From an uncultured Fibrobacterota bacterium (lineage in GTDB: Bacteria; Fibrobacterota; Chitinivibrionia; Chitinivibrionales; FEN-1185), in contig CAVWBU010000027.1 of the NCBI GenBank assembly GCA_963753345.1, forward strand, positions 96,001 through 160,000: a stretch of 64,000 nucleotides of DNA, written 5' to 3'. Shown one piece after another: positions 20,304 through 30,117 of the stretch; positions within the stretch are counted from its first letter, which is position 1; each line of letters begins with the position of its first letter. A program made the position numbers and the translations under genes. The notes beneath the pieces are model-generated. The model ran no database searches. It saw only the letters and a list, made by a program, of their open reading frames with translations, and had not been told where the DNA came from.

Positions 20304-20489
20304 TCAGGCAGGCTGTTCGTCGGCCTTCTTCTTGGCTTCCTGGATCTCGGTGCGGATTTCCTGGCAGATCTTCTTTATGCTCTGGAGGTTCTTTCGTGCG
20401 CGTGTTCCCGCCGACCTGTTGCCGCGCTCGAATTTCTCGTATTCCGCTTTGAGCAATTCTATTTCGTCAAAGAGTTTCTGAAGGCTCAT
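20304..20489 (-). CDS. Histone H1-like protein (Hc1 family)
   Basis: 61 aa, GNRSAGTRARK motif; AAGGAG RBS before the ATG at 20489. Confidence 0.8.
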   Translation of the reverse strand: MSLQKLFDEIELLKAEYEKFERGNRSAGTRARKNLQSIKKICQEIRTEIQEAKKKADEQPA

Positions 20490-20602
20490 TCCGTGCTCCT
20501 TTGTTGTGATGAAGTGGCGTTCCCGGATGCTAGGTAGTATACAAATTGCGCCGGGCCGGCGCACCAAAAAACTTCCAAAAGTGCCCGCAGCGGGCCGCGC
20601 TC

Positions 20603-21487
20603 CTAGAACCTCCTGTCGTACAAAAAATAGGAACCGGCCGGCACAAAAGTGTTTTGCAGGGCCGGAAACTTTTCCGCCAGCTCGCCGAAGAGAAGCCTGT
20701 GCAGGTAGGGCTCGCGCTTTTTCTTTTCGACGATCTCCGCCGAGGGCGAAACGTCGGCAAGCTTTCTCAGATAGTCGGCCGCGTCCTGCAGGCTTCCGAG
20801 CGTGTCCACCAGTCCGGAACGCAGCGCCTGCCGTCCGGTCATGATCCTCCCGTCCGCTATCGGCCGCAGCGAATCCGCGCTAAGGGAGCGGGCGCGGCAT
20901 ACGTCGGCGATGAACTGTTCATGAATATCCGTGAGTATGCCGGCAAACAGCTTTTTTTCCTCGGGCGTCATTTCACGCTGAGGGCTGCCCATGTCTTTCG
21001 CCTCGCCGGACTTGAGCACCTCCATGGAGATTCCCAGCTTGTCAAGGAGTTTGTAATACTTTGGGAAGCTGAAAATAACCCCGATGCTTCCCGTGATGGA
21101 GCCGGGGTTGGCAAAGACCCTGCGAGCGCCGCACGCGACATAGTAGCCGCCCGACGCCGCCACGTTGCCGAAGCTCGCGACGAGCGGCTTCTTTACATCA
21201 CGGAATTTCATCACCTCGTGAAATATTTCCTGCGAAGGGGCGACCGCTCCGCCCGGCGAATCAACGCGCAGTAACACGCCGGCAACAGACTCGTCCTCGC
21301 GAAGCGTGCGCAGCTGCTTCACCGCTGCGTCCGAAGAAAGAATGACGTCGGTGATCTCCACAAGGCCGATCTTCTTGAATGTTTTTCCGGGCAGTGATGA
21401 ACAGCCTGCAAGCATCGAAACAAACAGGCCGAGCGCCAGCGTCAGGCCGCGTAGGAAGGGCCGCGCGGTTCCGGGTGATTGAGTCAC
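20603..21487 (-). CDS. sppA: Signal peptide peptidase SppA (36K type)
   Basis: LRVDSPGG, AASGGYYVA, TGSIGV; GTG start overlaps the upstream stop (GTGA). Confidence 0.92.
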   Translation of the reverse strand: MTQSPGTARPFLRGLTLALGLFVSMLAGCSSLPGKTFKKIGLVEITDVILSSDAAVKQLRTLREDESVAGVLLRVDSPGGAVAPSQEIFHEVMKFRDVKKPLVASFGNVAASGGYYVACGARRVFANPGSITGSIGVIFSFPKYYKLLDKLGISMEVLKSGEAKDMGSPQREMTPEEKKLFAGILTDIHEQFIADVCRARSLSADSLRPIADGRIMTGRQALRSGLVDTLGSLQDAADYLRKLADVSPSAEIVEKKKREPYLHRLLFGELAEKFPALQNTFVPAGSYFLYDRRF

Positions 21488-23661
21488 GGATTCTCCTTCT
21501 GCGCCGCCGTCGGCGCTCTGTTGGGTTTTGGGTCCGCCTCCGGGGGTTTCTTTACATAGGGGATTTTTATGAGGTCGCCCGGTTTGATGACCGTCGACGG
21601 GGACATGTTGTTCGCCCGCAGCAGGCTGGCCACGCTCACCGAAAATGATGCGGCGAGCGTATGCAAATTGTCGCCTTTGCAGACCCTGTAGAACAGCGTG
21701 TCGGGCTCGCGGAACCGCGCGTCGATGCGGCGTCCGGGTTTGTACAGAAGGGTCTGCCCGGAGAAAATCGCGGGATTGCCGGGGTTCATGCCGTTCCATG
21801 CGATCAAATCGCCCACCGAAACGGAAAGGAGGCGGGCAATGGAGAACAGGGTTTCACCTCTGCGCACGCGGTACTTTGCAAAGGGAGAATTGCCGCCGGG
21901 TGCGCCCTCCCCGGCATCGGCGGTCTGGGAAGACGCAGCCGGTTCAAGCCTTAGAATGAGGCACTGGCCTGCGTGCATCCGGCGGCTGGTGAGGTTGTTC
22001 CACGTGCATATGTCGTTTTCGCTGACGTGGAACAGCTCGACAAGGTCCTGGATAGTTTCGCCGGCCCGCACCTGGTAGCGGATGGTGCCGCCCCTGCCCG
22101 GCGCGGCATTATCGTGGGGTTCGCTCCTGGCGAGGTCGCGGGCGATTTCGTAGGCCTGGTCGGTTGACATATGAACTGGAATGGGAATAAGCACTCTCTG
22201 CCCGGTGGTGAGCCGGCAGCCGGTCCCGAGGCCGTTGATCGAAAGCAGCGCGTCCGGCGGGATTTTGAACTGTCGGGAAATGGCGGCAATGTTGTCGCCC
22301 TGTTTGGCGCGATAACCGTACCACTCGACGCGAAATGCGTCGGGTCTGCGCTCCATCAATTGTTCAAACCTGGCGCGTTTGTCGTTCGGCAGGTACATGC
22401 GCACCCGTGCGGGTAACGGCGGCGTGCACCAGTGCAGGATATGCGGATTCATCGACCGCAGGCGCTGGACCGGGATCCCGAGCGAATCCGCAACCGCCTG
22501 CAGGTTCATGCATTCGTCAATGAACACGGCGTCGAGATCGAAGGTGTCGCGCTGTGAAATGGCGTACCCGAAACACTCCGGGTTTTTTGCCACGATGAGC
22601 GCCGAAATAAATTCCGGGACATAGTTTGTTGTTTCGCGCGGAAGGGAAAGGCGCCAGTAACTGCCCGAGGGCGACCTGGCGAGCGCGCCGGTCACGCCGT
22701 TCTCGCCGCAATTGTACGCTGCAATGGCGAGCGGCCAGTCGCCGAACTGATTGAAAAGCTTCCGAAGATAGGATATTGCAGCTCCTGTTGACTGTAGGGG
22801 ATCGCGGCGTTCGTCAAGCCAGTAGTTTTTCCGCAGGCCGAATTTCGTTCCGGTCGAGGCAATGAACTGCCAGATGCCGCACGCGTGCCTGCGGGAGTAT
22901 GCGTTCGGGTCGAACCCGCTCTCTATAAGCGGCAAATAGGACAGGTCGGTGGGAAGGCCGCTGTCGGCGAACATGCGCTGCATGAACGGCTGGTAATACG
23001 CGGCCCTTGCGAGGCATTTTTCGAGAGACCCCTTCCTGCTGCGGGCGAAAAAACAGATGGAACGGTACACCCGGTCGTTCCACGTGATCGGAAAATTGTA
23101 GGATATTCCCTTCTGACAAGACAGCCTCTTGAGAACCGTGCTGTCGCTTTCGGAGAGCTTGAGCGTGTCGAGGGAGCGTGAAAGCTGCTTCTGAAACACG
23201 AGCATCGATATTTCGTCGGGAATACTGTCCGAATACTCCTCCGGCATGTCGTCGGCGTATATGCCGGCAGCTGTCCTGGAGTACGATTCCGTGTCGGCCC
23301 AGGTCCTGTCGTCGTCGGCTTTCTGACTGATAAGCGCAAGCGTTTTCCGCAGGAAGGCATGCGCTTCCCCGAAGCTGTCGGCTTTGCAGGCGTTTTTCGC
23401 GCTTTCCAAAAGGTACTCGATTTCCGGGTATTCCGGGGCATTTTCGGCCTGAAAGCCGTATTTGTCAATGAACCTGTCCGCGTCCACCACGGTGTCGCTG
23501 GAGGTGCCGCGGAGCTGGGGGGGTGCCTTTGAGGCCGAATCGGGTGCAAGGCTCACGGCGGGGCCGGAGCGGGTCGCGGCACCGGGAACGCATCCCACCA
23601 TTGCGATGCAACACCCGGCGAAAAGCGCGAAAAGAGACTTTGTCTGTGTGAGTGTCCGCAT
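21484..23661 (-). CDS. MltD-like lytic transglycosylase with multiple LysM domains (lipoprotein)
   Basis: Lipobox-like MVGC; SLT motifs IESG, GIWQF, AAYNCGE, RETTNYV; four C-terminal LysM repeats. Confidence 0.9.
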   Translation of the reverse strand: MRTLTQTKSLFALFAGCCIAMVGCVPGAATRSGPAVSLAPDSASKAPPQLRGTSSDTVVDADRFIDKYGFQAENAPEYPEIEYLLESAKNACKADSFGEAHAFLRKTLALISQKADDDRTWADTESYSRTAAGIYADDMPEEYSDSIPDEISMLVFQKQLSRSLDTLKLSESDSTVLKRLSCQKGISYNFPITWNDRVYRSICFFARSRKGSLEKCLARAAYYQPFMQRMFADSGLPTDLSYLPLIESGFDPNAYSRRHACGIWQFIASTGTKFGLRKNYWLDERRDPLQSTGAAISYLRKLFNQFGDWPLAIAAYNCGENGVTGALARSPSGSYWRLSLPRETTNYVPEFISALIVAKNPECFGYAISQRDTFDLDAVFIDECMNLQAVADSLGIPVQRLRSMNPHILHWCTPPLPARVRMYLPNDKRARFEQLMERRPDAFRVEWYGYRAKQGDNIAAISRQFKIPPDALLSINGLGTGCRLTTGQRVLIPIPVHMSTDQAYEIARDLARSEPHDNAAPGRGGTIRYQVRAGETIQDLVELFHVSENDICTWNNLTSRRMHAGQCLILRLEPAASSQTADAGEGAPGGNSPFAKYRVRRGETLFSIARLLSVSVGDLIAWNGMNPGNPAIFSGQTLLYKPGRRIDARFREPDTLFYRVCKGDNLHTLAASFSVSVASLLRANNMSPSTVIKPGDLIKIPYVKKPPEADPKPNRAPTAAQKENP

Positions 23662-23852
23662 GAGGTTCTGAAATTCCCGGCACTACAGCGTTTCCGGCTT
23701 CGCTACCCGTCATCGTTAAAAATAACTCACCGCGGCCGGGTACGGCCGGATCGTCAAACGGCGTCAATCGTGGAAGCTGTGCAGTAGCCTTGCGGGATGT
23801 TCAATGTCTTCGTGCAGGAGGGGCGGGGTCGTCCATCTTGACAGAAGCGCTT

Positions 23853-24086
23853 TTAGACGCCTGCGCCGGCCATGATCTTATCGGCTTTCCGGTGCGGGGT
23901 CGGGGCGGCGGAGACGATGCTCTGCAGCATGTAGCCGTGTTTGGACCTGCAATCGGATATTGCGGCGCGCACATGGCCTTCCACATTGTGGAAGGTTGAG
24001 CCGCAATAGTTGACGAACATCCTTGTTTTTTTTGGGCAGGAATCGTAGTGAGGGCATTGCGAACAGGTAATCTTGAAAAGCTGCAT
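23853..24086 (-). CDS. Small Cys-rich hypothetical protein (77 aa)
   Basis: CAGGAG RBS, ATG at 24086, CSQCPHYDSC...YC...DC; strong promoter directly upstream. Confidence 0.7.
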   Translation of the reverse strand: MQLFKITCSQCPHYDSCPKKTRMFVNYCGSTFHNVEGHVRAAISDCRSKHGYMLQSIVSAAPTPHRKADKIMAGAGV

Positions 24087-24148
24087 TTTTATCTCCTGGT
24101 GGAGGAATACCGTCAACCATGATAGAGTTGTCAGCAATTCTTGACTTA

Positions 24149-24177
24149 AGTATAACTAACAACATATGGTATGTCAA
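24149..24177 (-). promoter_or_regulatory. Near-consensus sigma70 promoter
   Basis: Minus strand TTGACA-17 nt-TATACT. Confidence 0.8.
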
Positions 24178-24204
24178 GTCTAAAATAGATACAACATATT
24201 GCGT
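24157..24204. promoter_or_regulatory. Tandem NrdR-box-like operators
   Basis: TAACAACATATGGTAT (24157) and ATACAACATATTGCGT (24189), 32 bp apart; both resemble the NrdR consensus acaCwAtATaTwGtgt. Confidence 0.6.
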
Positions 24205-24360
24205 TTTAGGTATCTTGTTGTTATTGAAGGACTTGGCGGGTCGGAATTCACCGATTTGTTTTATACCGGAATGAAAGAGGTAGCAAGGATCGTTCCGTAA
24301 ACTATTTTGTCAATATCAGCAGGGTCCAAATTTCCTTTGCGACTTCTAGGAAATACTGCC

Positions 24361-25530
24361 ATGAATCTCTGCCGCCGGTTTTCCTGTTTGTTGATCGTGA
24401 CGTGTGTAAGCAGCTCTTTTGCCGTCGGCCAATCCGCGGTAATTACTCTCGTGTTTCCCTCCGGTTCACGGTCGCTTGCAATGGGAGAAGTCGGGACTGC
24501 CCTGGCGGATGACGAAGACGTTCTGTTCTACAATCCGGCGGGGCTGGGGATTCCGAACAAGCGGTGGGACAAGGGTGCGGGAACGAATTTCTTTGAACAG
24601 TTGCTTCCCGCATTCAAGATTCCCGACTTGTGGCACGGCCATTCTGCGATACTGTATCAGCCCGAAAGTCCGCTGTATGGGGGATATGCCGTTGACCTCA
24701 ACTACCTAAATTTCGGTCTCAATACATCTACGGATGAACTAGGAAATGCAATTGCTCAGTACATGAGCTACGAATATGTTCTTTCCGCAGCCTGGGGGTT
24801 TTCACTTGAAGAAATCGGCATTCATAATCACTTTTTCGGCGTTGCGCTGAAACTTATCAATTCCGCTCTTGCGCCCGGCATTGGTCCAAACGGCCAAGGG
24901 ACTGCTATCTCCTATGCGGTTGATGTCGGATACATCTGGCGGTTTCTTCCGTATATGCGTTTCGGATTGACATTTGCAAACATGGGACCGTCGATACACT
25001 ACATCAGCCCCCAGGACGCTGATCCGATTCCTTTTACCATCAACCTTGCCTTGGCCTATAAAAACACATTCATGATAAAGAACTTTCATTTTCTTGACGT
25101 AAACGCCGAGGTGAGGGCCGATCGTGAAATAGTGAAAAATTACCCTGACAAACAGCCCGACCCGTTCTACGTTGCACTCTACACCGGTTTTCTCAACGAC
25201 ACGTCATCAACAACAAAGGAACAGTGGCAGGAAGTAAACTGGCATGCCGGCGCCGAGGTCACCTTCGCGAACACGTTTTCCCTCCGCAATGGATGGCTTA
25301 TTGATATCGCTGGAAGACGATACGAAACCCACCTAGGATTCGGGTTCCGTATTTATGACCATTTTCAATGGGACTTTTCCTATATATATTCTCCCGAAGG
25401 CTATATGAAGGGGTTGTTTACTTCCGACGGGTCTAACGGCGCACGCGACGGGCAATGGAGCACCAGCATTACCTTCTTCCGCGTGGGAAGCTGGTCATCC
25501 ACAGACGGCAAATGGTTTCTCAAGCCGTAG
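24361..25530 (+). CDS. PorV/PorQ-family outer-membrane beta-barrel
   Basis: Signal peptide, then VGQSAVITLVFPSGSRSLAMGE...FYNPAGL; uninterrupted paralogue of 9928..12315. Confidence 0.82.
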   Translation: MNLCRRFSCLLIVTCVSSSFAVGQSAVITLVFPSGSRSLAMGEVGTALADDEDVLFYNPAGLGIPNKRWDKGAGTNFFEQLLPAFKIPDLWHGHSAILYQPESPLYGGYAVDLNYLNFGLNTSTDELGNAIAQYMSYEYVLSAAWGFSLEEIGIHNHFFGVALKLINSALAPGIGPNGQGTAISYAVDVGYIWRFLPYMRFGLTFANMGPSIHYISPQDADPIPFTINLALAYKNTFMIKNFHFLDVNAEVRADREIVKNYPDKQPDPFYVALYTGFLNDTSSTTKEQWQEVNWHAGAEVTFANTFSLRNGWLIDIAGRRYETHLGFGFRIYDHFQWDFSYIYSPEGYMKGLFTSDGSNGARDGQWSTSITFFRVGSWSSTDGKWFLKP

Positions 25531-25678
25531 AAAACCGCACCCTGCCCGGTATTTTTATTGCCTCACAATAAAGAACTCTTTTATATTTGAACGTCTTGTC
25601 CTTACCCGGCGGCGGCGTTGCCGTCTTGTGCTTTCGGAAATCAGTCTACTGCACGTTGCGTTGCACATCGGAGGATGC

Positions 25679-27769
25679 ATGAAGAAGTACGAGGCCGGTT
25701 CGATTCGAAACGTCTGCCTTCTTTCACACGGCGGCGTGGGGAAAACGTCCCTTCTTGAGGCCGCCTGTTTCACATCGAAAGGCACCGCAAAGCTTAACAA
25801 AGTCAACAACGGCACCAGCATCTTCGACTCCCGACAGGATGAGAAAGACCGCAAGATGACCATCGCCATGAAGCTCGGGTTCTGCGAATGGAACAATACC
25901 AAGATCAATTTTCTCGATACACCGGGATTCCTTGACCTCCAGGGAGACGCCAGAGCCGCGTTGAGGGTCGTGGAGTCTGCGGTGATCCTGGTGAGCGCGC
26001 TCGACGGCGTACAAGTAGGGACCGAGCTCGTTTCTCGGTTCGTGGAAGAGGCGAAAATGCCGAAGCTATTTTTTGTCAACGGCATGGACAAGGACAACGT
26101 TGATTTTGAGAAGACCCTGGTCGCACTCAAGGAGACCTACGGCACGTCGGTGGCGCCGCTGGCGATCCCCATGGGAACGGGCGCCTCGTTCAAGGGCGTT
26201 GTCGATCTTGTCAATAAGGAGGCGTTCGAATACGCCCGTGAGGGCAATGGGATCGGCAAGAAAGTGGAAATCCCGTCCGAGCTTTCCGCGAGAGTGGACG
26301 CGCTCCGGTCATCGCTCATGGACGCGGTGGCCGAAACCGACGAAGCCCTGATGAATAAGTACTTTGAAAAAGGCGAGCTCACGCTTGACGAGCTGAAACA
26401 GGGGCTTGCAAAAGGGTTCCTGGACGGTACCGTTGCCCCTCTGCTCAGCGGAAGCGCCACGCTCAACATGGGCACCGATGTTCTGCTTACCACTATCGCA
26501 AATGTGTGCCCGTCGCCGCTGTCGCGCACGGACGTCGAAGTGATAGCGGGCGACGAGAAGAAGACGATCCAGGTTTCCGAGTCGATGCCCGTCTCCGCGT
26601 TCGTTTTCAAGACGCTCTCCGAGGAACACATCGGCGATTTCAACTGTGTGCGGGTGTTTACCGGGAAACTCGCCATGGGAAAGGACGTCCAGAACCTTAC
26701 GCGCGGCTCGTCGGAGCGGATCAGCAACATGTACTTTCTGCGCGGCCACGAACGCACCGACACGCCGGAAATAGGGTTCGGTGACATCGGTGCGCTGCTC
26801 AAGATGAAGGACACGCACACCAACGATACGCTCGCCGACAAGGGCGTGCCATATGTATTCCCTCCTATCAAGTTTTCCGAGCCCCTGGTGAACGTTGCGA
26901 TCACCTCGAAAAACAAGGGTGATGAGGACAAGATAGGGCTGGGGTTCGTAAAATTGCACGAAGAGGACCCGACGTTCGTCTACAAGTATCATGGCGACAT
27001 CAGACAGTCGGTTCTGTCGGCGATGGGCGACATTCACATCGACATCATTCTGACCAGCCTTAAGCACCGATTCAAGGTTGAAGTCGAAAAGAAACAGCCG
27101 AAAATTTCGTATCGCGAGACGATAACCAAGGCCGTCAAATACGTGGAGTATTCGCACAAGAAACAATCCGGCGGCGCCGGGCAGTACGCCAAGGTCGCGA
27201 TCGACATTGAGCCGCTGCCCAGGGGATCGGGGTACGAATTCGTCGACAAAATCGTCGGCGGCGTCATCGATCAGTCGTTCCGCCCCAGCGTTGACAAAGG
27301 CGTACACGCCAAGCTCGAAGAAGGTATTGTGGCCGGATATCCGATCGTTGACGTTCGCGTGTACCTTGTCGACGGCAAGACGCACCCGGTCGACTCCAAG
27401 GACATAGCGTTTCAAATTGCGGGACGGGAAGTGTTCAAGATCGCGTTCGAACAGGCAGGTCCCATTCTGCTTGAGCCCATTTGCGACATGCGAATCACCG
27501 TGCCCGACGATTACACGGGAGACGTAATGGGAGACCTCTCATCGCGCCGCGGAAAGATCGGCGGCATGGAGCCTGAGGGAAAGTTCCAAAGCATCGTGGT
27601 AAAAGTGCCCGAGGCTGAAGTACAGAATTACTCACAAGCGCTTCGTGCGCTTTCGCAGGGCAGGGGTTACTTCTCAAAGGCCTTTTCGCACTATGAGCCG
27701 GTTCCCACGGAAGTGGCGCGAAAAATCATTGAGGCTTCACGGCAGACGGCTCAGGAAGTCAAGGAATAA
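25679..27769 (+). CDS. fusA: Elongation factor G paralogue (EF-G2-like)
   Basis: SHGGVGKTS, DTPG, EEDPTF, HKKQSGGAGQY, HPVDS, LLEP; outside the str operon; GGAGG RBS before the ATG at 25679. Confidence 0.92.
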   Translation: MKKYEAGSIRNVCLLSHGGVGKTSLLEAACFTSKGTAKLNKVNNGTSIFDSRQDEKDRKMTIAMKLGFCEWNNTKINFLDTPGFLDLQGDARAALRVVESAVILVSALDGVQVGTELVSRFVEEAKMPKLFFVNGMDKDNVDFEKTLVALKETYGTSVAPLAIPMGTGASFKGVVDLVNKEAFEYAREGNGIGKKVEIPSELSARVDALRSSLMDAVAETDEALMNKYFEKGELTLDELKQGLAKGFLDGTVAPLLSGSATLNMGTDVLLTTIANVCPSPLSRTDVEVIAGDEKKTIQVSESMPVSAFVFKTLSEEHIGDFNCVRVFTGKLAMGKDVQNLTRGSSERISNMYFLRGHERTDTPEIGFGDIGALLKMKDTHTNDTLADKGVPYVFPPIKFSEPLVNVAITSKNKGDEDKIGLGFVKLHEEDPTFVYKYHGDIRQSVLSAMGDIHIDIILTSLKHRFKVEVEKKQPKISYRETITKAVKYVEYSHKKQSGGAGQYAKVAIDIEPLPRGSGYEFVDKIVGGVIDQSFRPSVDKGVHAKLEEGIVAGYPIVDVRVYLVDGKTHPVDSKDIAFQIAGREVFKIAFEQAGPILLEPICDMRITVPDDYTGDVMGDLSSRRGKIGGMEPEGKFQSIVVKVPEAEVQNYSQALRALSQGRGYFSKAFSHYEPVPTEVARKIIEASRQTAQEVKE

Positions 27770-27795
27770 CGGTCATTGTGAACCAGGGCAGGCAG

Positions 27796-27827
27796 AAGGG
27801 GCGATTGCGGATCGCCCCTTGCATTTT
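27796..27827 (+). terminator. Hairpin / probable terminator after EF-G
   Basis: AAGGGGCGAT-TGCGG-ATCGCCCCTT perfect 10-bp stem, short T tract. Confidence 0.55.
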
Positions 27828-27887
27828 GGACGGGCGAATTAATGCGGCCACATTGAACGGTTGAGGTCGGAAGAAAGCGGTTTGCAT

Positions 27888-28931
27888 ATGCCACGTCTTA
27901 AGACCATTGAATGGACCGACAATTGCGCACGCATCGTTGACCAGACGCAACTACCAGGCGCGCTTGTCTACAAGGACATCCGTTCGTCGGAAGAGATGTT
28001 CACCGCAATAAGGACGTTGCAGATCAGGGGTGCGCCCGCCATCGGTGTGGCGGCCGCGTTCGGCGTGTATCTCGGAATCCGCGACATTCCCGAATCGGTT
28101 TCTCTCCCGGTGTTTGCATCGGAACTCAAAAAACAGGCCAACCGTATTGTCGCATCGCGCCCCACCGCCGTCAATCTGCCGTGGGCGGTCGGCAGGATGC
28201 TGCGTCGCGCGGCGGCTCAGACGGGCGCCGGCATTGCCGAGATCAAAAGGTCTCTCCTTGACGAAGCGCAGAACATTCTGGAAGAAGACCGCCGTATGTG
28301 CCGGGCGATCGGCGAATTCGGGTTTGAACTTGTCAAGGATTCCAGGGCCGTCCTCACGCATTGCAACGCGGGCGGTCTTGCCACCAGCGAGTTCGGCACT
28401 GCGCTCGCCCCGGTGTATGTCGCCCAGGAAAAAGGCAAGCTCATCCGCGTGTACGCGGACGAGACGCGGCCGGTTCTCCAGGGTGCCCGCTTGACTGCGT
28501 TCGAACTCATGGCCGCGGGCATACCGGTTACCTTGATTTGTGATAATATGGCGGCCACGGTCATGGCACGCGGCCTAATCGACGCGGTGGTGGTCGGCGC
28601 CGACCGCATAGCGGCGAACGGCGACACCGCAAATAAGATAGGAACGTATGGCCTGTCGCTGCTGGCAAAGGCTCACGGCATTCCGCTGTACGTGCTTGCC
28701 CCTTCCTCGACATTCGACCGCTCGCTTGCCACCGGGCGGGAAATTCCCATCGAGGAACGGCCGGCGGAGGAAATAACCTGCGGTTTTGGCCCAAGAATCG
28801 CCCCGGAAAACGTGGCCGTATTCAATCCCGCGTTTGACGTAACCCCCTCCAAGTTTATTTCCGCCATTGTCACCGATAAGGGAGTGATCATGCCGCCGTT
28901 CGCGGAAAATATAGCAAAGGTCCTGGCCTGA
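27888..28931 (+). CDS. mtnA: S-methyl-5-thioribose-1-phosphate isomerase
   Basis: IRGAPAIG, RPTAVNL, LTHCNAG, DETRP, GADRI, NKIG, NPAFDVT. Confidence 0.95.
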   Translation: MPRLKTIEWTDNCARIVDQTQLPGALVYKDIRSSEEMFTAIRTLQIRGAPAIGVAAAFGVYLGIRDIPESVSLPVFASELKKQANRIVASRPTAVNLPWAVGRMLRRAAAQTGAGIAEIKRSLLDEAQNILEEDRRMCRAIGEFGFELVKDSRAVLTHCNAGGLATSEFGTALAPVYVAQEKGKLIRVYADETRPVLQGARLTAFELMAAGIPVTLICDNMAATVMARGLIDAVVVGADRIAANGDTANKIGTYGLSLLAKAHGIPLYVLAPSSTFDRSLATGREIPIEERPAEEITCGFGPRIAPENVAVFNPAFDVTPSKFISAIVTDKGVIMPPFAENIAKVLA

Positions 28932-28935
28932 GCAT

Positions 28936-29148
28936 ATGGTGCAGGGAACGGTGAAATGGTACAATGAAGGCCAGGGGAGAGGGGTCGTCATTTCTGATTC
29001 GGACAACGCTGAGGTTTCCGTGGCGTGTTCCGATATCGCGGCCGAAGGCTTCAAGATTCTTTTCGAAAATCAGCGGGTGATGTTCGATGTTGTTTTGACC
29101 TCAAGGGGCCCGGCGGCGAGGAATCTTGTGCTGTCCGACGGAGAGTGA
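28936..29148 (+). CDS. Divergent cold-shock domain protein
   Basis: GTVKWYN...EGFKIL...Q.V.F...GP.A.N; 70 aa. Confidence 0.8.
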   Translation: MVQGTVKWYNEGQGRGVVISDSDNAEVSVACSDIAAEGFKILFENQRVMFDVVLTSRGPAARNLVLSDGE

Positions 29149-29188
29149 CGCGACCACGCAACCGGCTGTGCCGTTCCGCGCCTGTGTC

Positions 29189-30058
29189 TTACCTCAGAAC
29201 CGCGTAGTTCTTCCGGAATTTCCACAGGGGAGTGCCTTTTGCAAAGTGCGGCATCACGTAGCCGCGCGCCAGAGCGTTTGACAACGGTGGTCTGCTGATC
29301 GCACGCTCGATGACGTCATCAACGGAATCGTACGAGTAGATGCCCCACACCGGCACGATGCCCCGTCCGGCATGCCTGCGGCGGTTCGCGTACGAAGTCG
29401 CCGCAGTGTAGCCTGCCTCGCGCGCGGCATTCCACACACGGCTGTTCCATTGACCGAAGGGAAACGACAACGAAGTAATGGGCTTGCCCGTTATGTCTTC
29501 CAGAATACTTTTCGAACGCGAAAGTTCGTCGCGGAGATCGGCGTCGCACAGCAGGGTGAGGTTTGCATGGGTCACGGTGTGACTGCCGATCTCGTGTCCC
29601 AGTCCAGCGATTTCGCGCAGTTGTTCTTTTGTCAAATGGGTTTGCGGGGGCAGCGTGTCCCACGTCGAGGGCCTGCCGAGATATCCGGCAACAGGGAAAA
29701 CAGTCACCTTGTATCCATGTTCCTGAAGAAGCGGGAGTGCGGCCGTGTGAAAACTGTCGAAACCGTCGTCAAAGGTCATGACAATGGTAGGAGGATGGTC
29801 GACGCCTGACCATTCCGGGCCCGCCGCCTCGGAGACCGTGGCAAATGTTGCGTTCTCCTGTTTGAGAACGCGGAGAAGCGCCGCAAACTTGACGGGGGAA
29901 TAGAAGGAACAATGGGGCTGTGGTTTTTCCAAGATGGTGTGCAGGAGGAGGCCGACAGGACCTGGACGGGAGGGACGTGCGCCGAACAACAGGAGCGCGG
30001 CAGTTCCTAGACACAGGGGAAACACCAGAAAAGCGATTGCGATATACGCTGCCGTCAT
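29189..30058 (-). CDS. Polysaccharide deacetylase (CE4/NodB family)
   Basis: N-terminal TM helix, TFDDG, GSHTVTH, SFPFG. Confidence 0.88.
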   Translation of the reverse strand: MTAAYIAIAFLVFPLCLGTAALLLFGARPSRPGPVGLLLHTILEKPQPHCSFYSPVKFAALLRVLKQENATFATVSEAAGPEWSGVDHPPTIVMTFDDGFDSFHTAALPLLQEHGYKVTVFPVAGYLGRPSTWDTLPPQTHLTKEQLREIAGLGHEIGSHTVTHANLTLLCDADLRDELSRSKSILEDITGKPITSLSFPFGQWNSRVWNAAREAGYTAATSYANRRRHAGRGIVPVWGIYSYDSVDDVIERAISRPPLSNALARGYVMPHFAKGTPLWKFRKNYAVLR

Positions 30059-30117
30059 AGGTTGTGGAACCGGACAAAACAGATACGGTGGTGCTATAAC
30101 GGGAACCGGCGCACCCG

